A stretch of DNA of 64,000 bases from assembly GCA_965637545.1 (NCBI GenBank), contig OZ281497.1:22754001-22818000 (forward strand), given 5' to 3'. Of the stretch, positions 1 to 12,724 are shown piece by piece. The number at the start of each line of letters is the position of its first letter. The first letter of the stretch is position 1. This DNA is from Phallusia mammillata. Taxonomy: Eukaryota. The notes beneath the pieces were generated by a model. The model was not told the origin of the DNA and made no database searches. It was given only the letters and a program-made list of their open reading frames with translations. The position numbers were made by a program, and so were the translations under genes.

Positions 1-131
1 AGGAAAATTTGCTTGACATGTTAAAATTTTCCGCTCAATTTGATCTATTATCCATTTTATTACTTTAAACATGCCGAAAAATTGCACGATGTGTATTGGT
101 TACCTCATACGGTTGCACTTTTGATCTACAG

Positions 132-3100
132 TTCCCGGTCACAGTTCTGCAGAACAGTGTGAAAATGACAAACGAACCTCCCACTGGTCTCAGGATGAAC
201 ATTCTTCAATCCTATCTCAGTGATCCAATATCTGATCCCGAGTTTTTCGCCAGTTGTGGAGAAAAATCGTCGGTATGTAAATTTACTCTGATCAGTTTGA
301 TATTTACACTTTAAAGCTGAAATTTCTGTTACTTTTTTTCTACATGGAATCACAATGTAAAAATAACAGAAACTAACCAAAAAATGTTTCTAGTAGTTTA
401 ATTTATTCCACATTACGTAGCAACAACGATAGAATATCTTAGGTTTAGTGTAAGGTTTTGTTCAGTGGAAAGAAAGTGCACAATTTTCAGGTTTTCGAGA
501 AACTTCTCTTCGGGTTGTGCTTCTTCCACGCAATCGTTCAGGAGAGAAGAAAGTTTGGACCACTTGGTTGGAACATCCCGTACGGCTTTAACGAATCTGA
601 TCTCAGGATCAGTGTGAGACAACTACAGGTTAGAAAGCTGTGTTCTTTCCTATTTGGATAATGTGGTGAAGTTCAGTTTAATACGGTGCCCAAATGCTAA
701 ATTAAGCTATGACCGTTTAACGTCTGTGCAGATTGTAAATTTTGGGTCCTTTCATAGGAATAGGTTTTGTTAGAACGGCCCCTTATCACATTGTCTCAAA
801 AATAGAAATGATAGTACGCCAGGCCTAAGGAAAGGCCGGTCACCAAGCATTTCCACTAAAGCGTAGTTTAAAGAAATCTAGCATGCGGTGAGAGTCGAAC
901 CCACGTCAGGAGCCTTTTTAGCAGTAGCTTTACAAAGTGTGCTAAACAAAATATTTTTATTAACTAAAGTGGAACTAAAATTACATTTTTCCATTATTTG
1001 ATCTAATTTAGATTTTTATCAATGAATATGACGAAATTCCTTTCTCGGCTGTGACGTACTTGACGGGTGAATGCAACTACGGAGGCCGCGTCACGGATGA
1101 CTGGGATCGTCGTTTGCTGAGGAGCATTCTGCGTGATTTCTATAGCCCGTCTATGGTTCACGAACACAAGTACAAGATTTCACCGACTGGCACTTATTAC
1201 GTGCCACCGCAAATGAGCTACGAAGAATACATTGAGTTTATTAAGGTATTGGTACTTGTTTCAAGTATTGAGCGGAGATGGTGTTCCCGCCTTAAATTTT
1301 GAAAAAAGCGCGAGGCCACTGGACCTGATCCTTACTATCAAATTCGACATTTAACAACGTTTTATTACAGCTGGTATGTTACACATTTATAAACGACTTA
1401 CAAATTATTTCGTGGGTGTTTCGAGCATGTAAAAGATATGCTCAGAATTTTATGATTTTACGATGTCCCAAAAAAATAAATAACGCAAACCTGCAAACAC
1501 TAATAATGAAAAAACAATAAATAAAAATGTTAAGGGTCGAAACTGAAATGGTTTGAAACTGTTGCACATTAATGTTACTGCTGATATTACAAATACCTAT
1601 CTTTGTGGTACATCGGTACTCTTAAGATTTCTAAGCTTTGGAGTACAGTGTTGTGTAATGGCAAATGTGACATTGCAGGCATTCCCGACTATTCAACAAC
1701 CCGACGTGTTCGGGATGCATGAGAATGTCGACATATCGAAGGAACTGCAGGAAACCAGACAGCTGTTTGACTCAGTTCTGTTATCACTAGGCTCCCAAGT
1801 AAGTTCTATGCCGACATTGAATAATTGATTTGCAGTATGACGTGTTTGTAGGTATTCATTGTTACAACTTTTGCACAAGATATGTGACAAATCAGGTTAA
1901 ACTTGCCGAGGTGTTTGTATGTAATTAACCAGAGTTTGATAAACTAAAGTCCACCTTTTTTGATGTGACCAACTGGGTCCAATATAAATCCTGAAAAAAT
2001 AATCGCGTGACGTATAAGTAATTTCCTACAATGAAACGGTTTATACGACTAACCGGACGTTTTTTTCTAAATGGCTGTAGTTGAGATTTACGATCCCTGT
2101 GCAATCAACCGGATTTAGTCTGTGCAACCATGTTTAACTTTACTCCTTCTGCGTACAGTATTTGTGTTCTCTGTTAAATTACCAGAACTTTTACAAACGT
2201 TTGTCTCTAGATTGATAGCAAACCCAACCTTTTTGTGCTTTTGTTTTTTAGTCAGGGGGCGGAGGGGGAAAGACCGATGACGCTTTGAACGAAATCGCTC
2301 TCGATATTCTCAACAAGTTGCCCAAAGATTACGACATCGAGGCAGCGCTTGAGAAATATCCGGTCCGATATGAGGAGAGCATGAACACTGTGCTCGTGCA
2401 AGAGATGGAACGCTTCAACAAGTACTAACCGGATATTTTGTCATTTAAAATATTGCACGACTTTAAAACCCAATAAATGATTCACACTGTTGCCTGTTTT
2501 AAATAGGTCCTAGGGGTTTATATCGATGCGTCTTCATTACTGACATAATTAGTAACTCATTTTCTGATGGCGCACCTGGCATTTTGAGTAAAGACTGTAA
2601 TCAGAAATATTATATGGTTTTAAGAAAGTGTAATTGTTACCATATATAGTACTGCGTGTTCAATTTATTTTCCTTGTTTTTATCAATATAACTTCCTTAG
2701 GAATACAACAGTTTTTCCGATATTTTAAATCTAAATAATCAAACTGTGTTTTTCTTTGTTATGAAACTAAACAAATTACAATTTACCGTCTTTGTCATAT
2801 TTGACCGATGCTACAGCATGTTAATCATGTTCATTGCGCAAAACGGCTGCCTGAATTGCTAAAAACTTACTCTATATCTATTTTGTCAAAGAATATTCTA
2901 AAAAGATACTGATTGCTTTGTTGCACCATTATCTTCATTTTAAATATTCTTGTCGTGCAGTTTGCTTCGGGTCATCCGATCTACTCTCGTCAACCTTCGC
3001 AAAGCGATCAAAGGTTTGGTTGTGATGAACGCTGAACTGGAGAAGGTGGCGAGCAGTCTCTTGATCGGCAAAGTTCCGGAAATGTGGATGAAAAAATCTT

Positions 3101-5602
3101 ATCCCAACTTGAAACCGCTTGGAAGTTACGTCAGCAATTTCCTGGCCAGACTGAAATTCCTTCAGGTGAGAAATTGATAGAAATTGTGTTTACTACACAT
3201 TCGGTGGAGATCTACTGCAGATAGTGCACACTGTTTCGACCTATAAGGTCTCATCAGTGCAGCTGGTGGCGAGAGATCGGCCGGATGGCTAAGTGTAGCC
3301 ATTCAACGGCACTCCAGTTTCTAGGGAGCAACAGGGTAAAAACCTATGCATCAACTGGTCTGTGCGATGCCTTAACTGGGAATACAACATAGATGAAACT
3401 GGCTCACATTGGCCAAGCATCTACCTTGAAAAAAGTGCCAGAAAACTGAGTGAATTTACACATAGGGATTTTAATGCATAGAGAACTGGTTAATTGCATA
3501 CTACTACATCGCCTTTCCGTTTAACTGCATGAGGGTTTTGAAACCTGGGGCCCATAATTTGTAAGAAAAAATGTCATTGCGTACGAATGCTTGGAAAATG
3601 CCCCAAACCAGATTCGTTTGTGTTGCAGTGGTGGGAAAAACATCGATTTCAAAACCTTTACAACATAATGAATTAGAACTTTTTGCAAGATCTTTACTGT
3701 TTTCCAGTAATAGGTTTTAATAGAAAAACGTTGTAATAGGAATAATTGTTTGCGTTTTTATTATTTTGGTGTTTTTTTTCAATGGATGATTGAACATAGC
3801 TTTGCATAACGCATTTAACTGTTTAAATTCGGAATTTTATGTTTACGCTGATGCATGTCGAGTTCGCAACAACGTTTCATTTTATCGCATTTGCCTACTG
3901 TTTGTTCCAGTATCTTTCATAGAGGTTTCCACAACACACAACTGTTATGTATTTTCTATTATCAAACACCATGGTTCTGTCCTGTAGGACTGGTACGACG
4001 ATGGGAAACCAGCGGTGTTCTGGGTTTCAGGATTCTTTTTCACGCAAGCGTTCTTGACCGGAGCTCGTCAGAACTACGCGAGGAAATACACAATTCCGAT
4101 TGACAAGCTTGATTTCGAGTTTGAGGTTCTTCCGTTCGACGAAACTAGCGACGGAGCACCGGTCGACGGCGTCTATATTCACGGTCTTTTCTTGGACGGA
4201 GCGCGCTGGGACAGAAAGAAGTAAGACTAGGAATACTTAAGCTATTGCTGCCAGGCATAGTATCAAGTTTATAGAGCTCTTCTGGCAAATGTATTTTTAT
4301 TTCGACGTTTCGACGTCCTATACAGGTTGTCTTCATCAGGGTTAATAGTACTGACAGCGACTAGTACAGTGCACGATAAATACAGGAAAAAATGAACTAA
4401 ACGAAAACACCGCGCGATAACGAATGAGTGAGCCTCTAATCTTTGGGCAGGTGCCTGTAGCACGTTGAAAGCATCACGTCTGTTTTGATGTCGATTGTGT
4501 TGCCCCGTTGGTGAATATTCCATGATATAGCCTTTTCCTGTAGTCAGCAGGCTCCCGGGTAATAAAAATACATTTGCCAGAAGAGCTCTTTAAAGCTCTA
4601 TGACCTTCATACTAGGAATACTTGCGACCGTTTTTTGCATGTTATTAACTTCAAATTACCACGAAGTCTGTAATAGTGCGCTTGTATCGGAAGGGACGAA
4701 AACGCTTGTCGACAATTTATCCTAGGTTCAACAGGGTAAAATATATCTTGGGCTTGGATCAAGTTGCGCAATGTGGAGGTCGAAAAATCGAAAAACAATC
4801 CGTAAACTTCGTGTGATCATCGTGAATTTCAACACATGACATATGATACATAAGATAACTTACGTACGCTATACTTTACAAAGTGGCAAGGGAACTAATA
4901 CAGAACTGCGGTATTTCTATTGTTTCAGGGGTGTCCTTGCTGAGCAACACCCGAAGGTTTTGTTCGACACCGTTCCTATTATTTGGTTGAAGCCGAATCG
5001 CGTAGACAACATCAAAACAGGTATTGCTGAATCATCTGGGTGGGTCGGGTTCGGGGATAAGCTTAATTAAAAATTACTTCTTTTCTCACTTAAGGCTTTA
5101 GGGCAAATTTAGACTTGTTAAAACAGTTGGGTTTGGGATGGGCTCATGCTATGCTAAATGCACTATAGTTCAAATTAAACTTGGTCTTTCAGTAACGTTA
5201 TGTTGAACAGATTGTTTACCATATATTTTGTTGTTATTGTACCATAACGTGATAAGACCCTAGCTTCCAGCACTGTCAACAACTAATATGTCATTTGATA
5301 TTTATCTTACATTTTACTTATCCACGTAGGAGCTTTCCAACTAATAGTTCATATTTGCGCATATTGTTTCGCCGGGATGAGTTTATTTTCACTTAGACAT
5401 CTTCAACAATCCACATAACAAACTGTTTTTCTCAGGTCGTGACTACAACACTCCTGTGTACAAGACGAGCGAGCGAAAGGGAACGTTGTCCACCACCGGC
5501 CATTCAACCAACTATGTCCTGGCAATCCGTCTGCCCTCCGACCGCCCTGAGTCGCATTGGATTAAGCGGGGAACCGCTCTCCTTTGCGCCCTGGACGACT
5601 AA
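132..5602 (+). CDS. DNAH12: Axonemal dynein heavy chain, C-terminal nine exons (gene starts upstream of window); best recalled match DNAH12
   Basis: Phase-consistent GT-AG exons at 132-272, 491-628, 1012-1245, 1679-1798, 2252-2421, 2961-3165, 3988-4220, 4929-5020, 5436-5602. Motifs [100 protein letters not shown]. Dynein call is firm; DNAH12 versus DNAH3/7 is from recalled sequence. Confidence 0.93.
805..915 (-). mobile_element. Degenerate fragment of the tRNA-like repeat family (intron of dynein)
   Basis: Reverse complement reads CTCCTGACGTGGGTTCGACTCTCACCGCATGCTAGATTT...ATGCTTGGTGACCGGC...GGCCTGGCGTACT, colinear with the 3' half and trailer of the 53046 element. Confidence 0.75.
3222..3262 (-). 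ncRNA. Type I hammerhead-ribozyme-like motif, probably inactive
   Basis: Minus strand TGCA-CTGATGA-GACC ttata GGTC-GAAA-CAGTG-TGCA. Core, stem II and a 4-bp stem I are present, but the cleavage triplet reads GUG, not NUH. Confidence 0.45.
4239..4610 (-). mobile_element. Penelope-like element 3' fragment with inverted partial terminal copy
   Basis: Flanked by 13-bp direct repeat ACTAGGAATACTT (4226-4238, 4611-4623). Perfect 29-bp inverted repeat (~4273-4301 vs 4561-4589). Minus-strand CTGATGA...GTCGAAACGTC hammerhead-like core (~4300-4342). Peptide [27 protein letters not shown] resembles PLE C-termini. Insert absent from the duplicated copy near 15605. Confidence 0.72.
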
Positions 5603-7741
5603 CTGCACGATTTTTTTACTTGGGGAGTGTAATTTTTTTTTGTTTTTTTGGGGGGTGGGGGGTTGTTTATGACCGCTGTAAGTTACTTGGAGCATCATCA
5701 CGTCATCAGTCACATGTCATCGAGCTTTGACGTCACCGATGGTTGCCAATAGTCACCCATTTCACTGTGTATACAATTTCTACTATTTTTTCGCGCCAAT
5801 GTAGCATTATTTAGTAGTAATTCGCCGTAGAACTAATCTCATAACCCAGTGGCAAAACGTTAAAACTAGAAATCGAAAAACAACAGAAATATACAAGTCA
5901 AAATACCGCTTTGGAACCAGAATCAAAAATTAAAATTAGATGAAAAATTGGTTGAAACAGTATTGCCGCTGGTTTCGCCATTCCATGTTTGCCCCACGTT
6001 TCTTCTCGGTTTGGGGATGTTTGCTGTGATATTTTTGAGTTTTTTTTATCGCGATGTAGACGCGTTGGTTTGCTGTGCAGTAGTTGTTTTTAGCCTAGCT
6101 AACAGAACCTGAGTAAAGGAGCTGTTGGTGGTCCTGTGCTTCAAGATGTTTTGAGTTTGTTGTTTTTGAACTAACCGCACTAACAGAACGTTGTTTTTGA
6201 GTTTTATTGTTTAAAAGAGTTTTTTTATGAGTTTAAGGTTAATGTGTACACATATGTGTTTGAAAGAAATGGTAATATATATTGGGTGTATTTTTGAACC
6301 ACGTATGATGATAAGTTAGACTTATACAGGGTATTTCAAGCTTATAAAACAGATCGTAAATATAACTTTTCAGTGTGCTTTCAAGGATAGGATTAGTTGT
6401 GACGATGGTTGCCCGTGAAACAAACAAACAGAAATTAGACACCCTCGTGGCTTTGTTATGTACCGCGGGGGATAACTTTAGTCCTAATAGTGGTTATTTG
6501 GAAGCGAAACAATTTAATTGGGTGAAATTTGGAAACGTTGACTATTTTGGATCAAATATATGACGTTTATGAATGGGGGTTTCCAAATCAAGTCGAGGCA
6601 TGTAATTAAATGGAAATTAAATAATGATTACCAAGTCAAACAGGGTCAAAGCAAAAAAAATGTACAATATGTCACACTGCAAATTCAAATGGTGAATTAC
6701 CACTTAAGATTTTACAAAAAACTTTACTGTAGTGTACTGGACGAAACAATTTCGGATAAGGCGAGGGCTTCCACAAGCAATTTCCCAAATTTCGGTAAGG
6801 TCTATGTAATTGAAAACGTGCGGTAATCCTAGATTAAACCGATGTTCACAACATCATTAATATCGAGACAAAACTGAAAATCGAACATTAGGACGACGAA
6901 TGTGTTCTGCAACTTTACAAGTTTTGTTAAATGGAAAATCCTTAATTCTCAATCACAAAACTGCACTATGGCAACCAGTCACAAGGCACAGTATTGTCAT
7001 TTTGTTTACAAAAAATGTCGCGATTCGAAACCAGTTCACTTCGGAAACGTTTGCCTGTGACTCAAAAATTCCCTAAAACATCGCAACTTGAAATTTGATA
7101 AGAAACGCTTGTAGACCTCACAACAAACAACAAATCGAAGTTTGTAACTTAAGATTGTAAAAAGGACTACTTTTGTGTCACGAGGGAAAAAGGTAACAGG
7201 GGCACTGTTGTGACGCAGGAGACCAAGTTAAAAAGGAAACACGATCAAAAAATAATACCCTAGTGTCAATACATCAGCAACTCACTTGAGGAACTTGTAC
7301 AAAATTTCTGTTGGCTTGATCAGTTGTTGGTGTCGAAAGCATTTGTAGCACAAGCTTTTTTGCATGTTTGTTTTAGTGGAAGTTGAACTTTTTACGTTAG
7401 CGTTCGTCTTGTAATTTACTATTTTCTGATTCTCTACAATTGCTTTAAACTAGCCTATATGTTTTTTCGTCAGCAGGGCTAAGAAAACAAATTGGTCTTT
7501 AATGATATTTGCCCTTAAGATAACTTTAAAATGCTTCCATTTTTTTCGTTGAGTGATGATCGACTTTTCAAGTAAGTCATCTAGGCTACTTTCATTATTC
7601 TAACGACAATATCTAAAAATTGAAAACAACAAACACATTTTATCAGCTTTTTTTATCAAAAGGTATTGGATTTTTAATGGGGTTATTCTTCAATTGCTAA
7701 TTTTGAGAAGCCTGTTTGGAGACGGGCATGCGAGCGTTTTT

Positions 7742-8013
7742 TGCACAATGTGCTCGAAAATGTGCAGGTCGAAATGTGCGCACATTTTTCGAAAATGTGC
7801 AGGTGCCAAAATGTGCAGGTCAAAATGTGCGCACATTTTTTGAAAATGTGCAGGTGCCAAAATGTGCAGGTCAAAATGTGCGCACATTTTTTGAAAATGT
7901 GCAGGTGCCAAAATGTGCAGGTCAAAATGTGCAGGTGCCAAAATGTGCAGGTCAAAATGTGCAGGTGCCGAAATGTGCAAGTCATAATGTGCAGGTGCCA
8001 AAATCTGCAGTCG
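7742..8013 (+). repeat. Left TIR array, 14+16-bp units AAAATGTGCAGGTC / AAAATGTGCAGGTGCC
   Basis: Direct reading of tandem units. Confidence 0.95.
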
Positions 8014-10262
8014 CTCAAACGAAGTAGTGATATTTAACGTCAAACTATTGTTGTGGTCATAAATTGTGCCAAAAATATTAGTTATAAGTTATGACCTATA
8101 AATTAAAATCGGATTTAAGAGAAACTTGTAAAAATGCATGTTGTGTTTGTTAGATATGGCAAAGCGTGAAATTATCTAGCATTCAGGAAATAGGAAACAC
8201 TGTTTTTCAGACTAGATATGTACACGATCGTCACCTCAATCGGTTTGACTTTATTGTTTTTAATTTAAGGCCTGTTAGCTTGTAGCCTGCCCAGCTTCTA
8301 TAGATTTTACAATTAGACAATAGTATACTCATATGACAGTCCAGCTATTGTTTCCGTCACGCTTGATTAACACTACACGCTTGTCGGATGCTTGCATTGA
8401 GTTTGGTGCTTTAAGAGCAAGCAAATGACAAAGCTGGGCTTGTATGGTCAGATTTATGCATCTACCCTGTATAATGTTACTACGTGGTTGTGATTGTGCT
8501 GTTGGAGAGTATTTAATGTACGTTTTATCTTTTTAGTACTTCTTTAAACGCTTTGAAGTGATTTTACCTAACATATTAAAGGGTGCATAAAGTTTATTAC
8601 TAATTGATTTAAAGTCTGGTAAAAATAGAACTTTCCTAACTGGCTGTATCTTTGAACTGATGTTCAACGACTTTGGCCTCGACCAGGAACTCTGGACAGA
8701 CGAAAGGTCAAGCTTGAACAAAGATCATGTTTTTTTCCAAAGTTACTCATTTTAAACTGTCAACAAAGGGTAAATTTTGTGAATCAAAAATTAAGTTTAT
8801 TTGAAGAAAAATTCAAGGCACCAAAACAATTGCTAGACATCATAACCACCAAGGAAACTGGTGCAGAAAACACAAGTCAAATTGCTATGATAAGTAACAA
8901 AGAGTTAGACACAACAGAGTATTTATGAGGATATGTTTTTTCAAGGCAAAAAACTAGTTTACGGAAGTTATCAAAATTGTCGGCATGTTGTCAACCATGC
9001 GACCACAGGGCCAGCTGATTTCTTTAGTGGAGCCAAAGTCTGGAGGTCTCGCTTATCCTTTTATGAGTTACTGCAACTTTTACAAAGTGCGTAAATGCCT
9101 GACAGGATGTTTACGGCCAGCCAACAAGCTAGATTTTTACTGCATTGCAAAAGTTACACTGATCCTCACAGAGTTTCCAAAAAAGACATATGTGAAATTC
9201 TAGAAGTTGCTGGACTACCATATGAGTATACTGTTATTAAACTCAAAACCAAGTCAAAGACCCAGCTGTCCAGTGATTTTTATTCAATGAAACAAATGAA
9301 TTATTAGAAAGTTTTCCATCCTTTGGGTTATACTGCACAATTGACAAAAGGACTATATATGTGTCTTTGGAAGAAACTCAAATGACAACATTCAAAAAGA
9401 AAAGGACAACCACACAGTTGCCCAACTTAATGTTTGACATTTTTTATTTGTTTGAGGCTCATTTACATGACATAACTTGGTATATGGGTATTTAATTAGG
9501 TTAGTTTTGAAACCCACACAAATACTTGATGTGATGCCCTAATTTTAAGTTTGCTAAAACATTCATGTTATTGCTTCTGACTTGCTATTGTGTGGACCAG
9601 ATGGCTAAAAAGACCTACTGTAGGAATATCATAATACACCAAAATATCATTAGATGCTTTTGCAAAATTTGTAATTGTTTCCTGACTAATATACAGAAAC
9701 TAGATGATTGCCATTATGAACGAAAAAGGTGTATGTTTCATGTGGGATTGCAAATAAATAAACAAACTAAATCTGGCGTGAACAATTAGAGAGATAAAGA
9801 GACTGAAACAGCCAGAAAGAATATTAGGATAGGGAAAATATTTTTTTGAGACCGCTGTGGGCATTCTGTATTATATTTTTGGTAAAAAATATGTACAATG
9901 GTAACAAAACGGGTTTAGAAAAGGATAATACTGAGATGTCATGAAAAAAATGATGGATGTGCAATGCAAAAGTATAAGTTCTCACCATTTATATAGGCAT
10001 CAGTTATTTACCACTGCATTTGTTTGAAACCACATTGTATTTTCAGTTATTTTTGCCCTGAAGGGTCATATTCTGTTCAGTTAAAAAACTTAATCCACTG
10101 CATTTAACAAGAAAAATAACATACCTATATAAGTTAATTGATTTGCACAGAACACTATTTAAAATAAAAATGCAGGGAAAGATATATAATAATTATGTAA
10201 TTGGGACAAAAAATTGTTTGTGTGAAAGGGACAGAAAGACTTTTTTAGTATGAAAGGGAGAA

Positions 10263-10583
10263 ATTTTGGCACCTGCACATTTTGACCTGCACATTTTGAC
10301 CTGCACATTTTGACCTGCACATTTTAACCTACACATTTTGACCTGCACATTTTGGCACCTGCACATTTTTACCTGCACATTTTGACCTGCACATTTTGGC
10401 ACCTGCACATTTTGACCTGCACATTTTGGCACCTGCACATTTTGACCTGCACATTTTGGCACCTGCACATTTTGACCTGCACATTTTGGCACCTGCACAT
10501 TTTGACCTGCACATTTTGGCACCTGCACATTTTCGAAAAATGTGCGCACATTTCGACCTGCACATTTTGGCGCACATTGTGCA
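10263..10583 (-). repeat. Right TIR array, same units in inverted orientation
   Basis: GCACCTGCACATTTTGACCTGCACATTTT repeated about 10 times. Confidence 0.95.
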
Positions 10584-10849
10584 AATTCTTGCCGTAAGCC
10601 CTGTTGCTGTTTGGGCCGGAAAGTTGGTATGACAGGCCTACACACTAAAGCCTGAGAAAAGACCAAGACAACAAACTCAATAAACAATTGGTCTTTAAAT
10701 TGGCTTAGTTATAATTCATTGTAAATACTATACATTACTATACATTCAGAATACTTTTTAAACACATAACACCTACAGCATTGTCATTAGGTGAGAAAAA
10801 GAAATGGGCAAAGAAAAACGTAACAAAAATATTTTATTTTATTTGACAG

Positions 10850-11911
10850 ATGGTTTTTCGTTATGTCAAAGTAACCCCGCCACACAGAGAATCAGTTCAG
10901 TTGTTTATGTTAGACATCCAAAACACAAAGATAACATTGACTACGAAAACTGTCTTTTAATAAACGCCAAGTTGTTAAAATAATCAAAATTAAATATTTG
11001 TTGTCTTATTGTAGTTATCTCGTTATCTTATCCCAAACAAGTGCCTGAACTAAACCAGTGCATGTCCCCCAAATCCTATCGTATATCATGCAACTGTACA
11101 ATGTAAGTATCGGCTAAGTATGCACTGGATGCATCATTGCTTGCACTTTTTCCATGCATTACTAGTCTTTTTCAGGATTTCTTCTCAGCTTAATGGCTTG
11201 CTCACAATATACCAACTTTATATTCGTAAAACTTTTATGAACACGCACAACAAGCTTTTAAACCACCCAACCCCTCCCCTCGTGTTTTTACTAAAACCAT
11301 TTTATTTCCTGTTATTGTTTAGAGCGTTAGAAAATTTCAATATTTGTGGATCGATAGCTTGCTGCCTTCAACGCATGCAACTGGTTATCAATTCAACCCA
11401 AGTTTCAAACTGTTTGGAGCTGTGTATTAGTGGACAAACAGCCACAACTTCACAACCAAGTCAGTTCCTGAAAACCCAAATATGCTGCAGGTTAGTGAAA
11501 CTAGATGGATTATAAAGAGGTCAAACTCACCGACTTAATTGTCAAAAAAGAACAACGATCAGATAGGTACCAAATGTCATTTTTACACGTTTAAACTTTA
11601 TAAGTTGATTACAAATGTATTTTTTTGAATATCATCCTACGACAAGCTTTTATACTAAACTTTAGAATTGAGTCTCTTTCAATTTTAAAACGTACATTGC
11701 CATATTTTGCAAATGCGTCTTTAGACTGAAAGACCCCAATGAAATACAGTGCGAGTTTTGGAGTGAGGAAGTAAAAATTGTCAATAACAACAACCGTGTT
11801 TTTGTACAAAGCAAAGACAAACTCTCGATCGAAAACAAACAGATCTGGATTCGTGTTATTATTGGAAGACACGTCTGCCTGGAACTGCCGTTTTACATTA
11901 GTTTATACTAA
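10850..11911 (+). CDS. Small beta-domain family gene E (5' end uncertain)
   Basis: Exons ~10850-10961 (tentative), 11323-11490, 11725-11911. MQLVINSTQVSNCLELCISG..PSQFLKTQICCR and FWSEEV..SKDKLSIENKQIWIRV..LPFYI* align with gene F and share its phase-2 intron. Confidence 0.62.
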
Positions 11912-12724
11912 AGACAGGTTTGCGTGTTTTGGCAAACAGGAAGTAATTTAAGTTTATACCTTATGTATTTGGTACCACATGCCACTTACAAGCTATTACA
12001 GGTACAACACTTTGATGTGTTTGACGTTTTTTTGGTTTAGCCAGCTGTGCTCGCTGAAAGGTTTTTGGAGCTTAAATAACCCACGTTGATGTATTGTATT
12101 ATTCTACAATTTCATGTATATTGAATTGTTGCAAAACTTAGTGATTGTTGCAAATAGTTTGTACGCACAGGCCAATGGAAGGCCACTCATTCTTATGGAT
12201 ATTGATTTAATGTAATGTGTTTTGTTATTATTATTATCATTTTCTTTTTTTCGATTTCACAAAACGTTTTGCTTTTTTGTACTTTATCGCCAGATCGTTT
12301 GTTTCAGCTTTTTGATGCTTTGTAACCCAAAACTTTAAACGCATAGATGTAAAAAGAATTAAATTTTAAGCCCGACTTATGACATATTTCGGTCAATTAA
12401 TATCTCTTCAACAGTTGTGTATTTCATTTATGTAAACTGTCTTTGTGGTACATTAAACGTCAGTGGGTCGTAAAGCGCATATAAAATGTAACGGTGGAAA
12501 GAATATCACCGTAACCGAAACAAAGTCATTATCTTTTTGTCTGACCGTTATTTTATCCTTGTACCCTGGCTTATTCGTTTCTTTACAAAGTTGTTTGTAC
12601 TCCGAAATTTTTTTTTTATCTTTGTTTGTTTACGTTACTAAATCGTCTTGTCTTTTTGTGTACAGACTACTCAATCATAAGTAATTAACTAATTTTTAAA
12701 ACTTTTTGACAACGCCACTCAAAC

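Larger units (their letters stand above)
7742..10583. mobile_element. Foldback-type DNA element (possibly Mutator/Phantom/Rehavkus-like) with long internally repetitive TIRs and decayed interior
   Basis: Left and right arrays are reverse complements with matching outer ends (TGCACAATGTG..AAAATGTGCAGGTCGAAATGTGCGCACA). The ~2.25-kb interior has stop-riddled coding-like frames with a possible C.FH motif (RCMFH near 9730). No TSD found; superfamily is inference. Confidence 0.65.

Noticed and set aside
8550-9430. L2/CR1 LINE remnant
   Set aside because: Similarity too vague, and the position inside paired TIRs favours a DNA-transposon interior.
7683-10687. Cys-rich repetitive ORFs (KMCR.., HILTCTFW..)
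   Set aside because: They are translations of the TIR tandem arrays, open in several frames.
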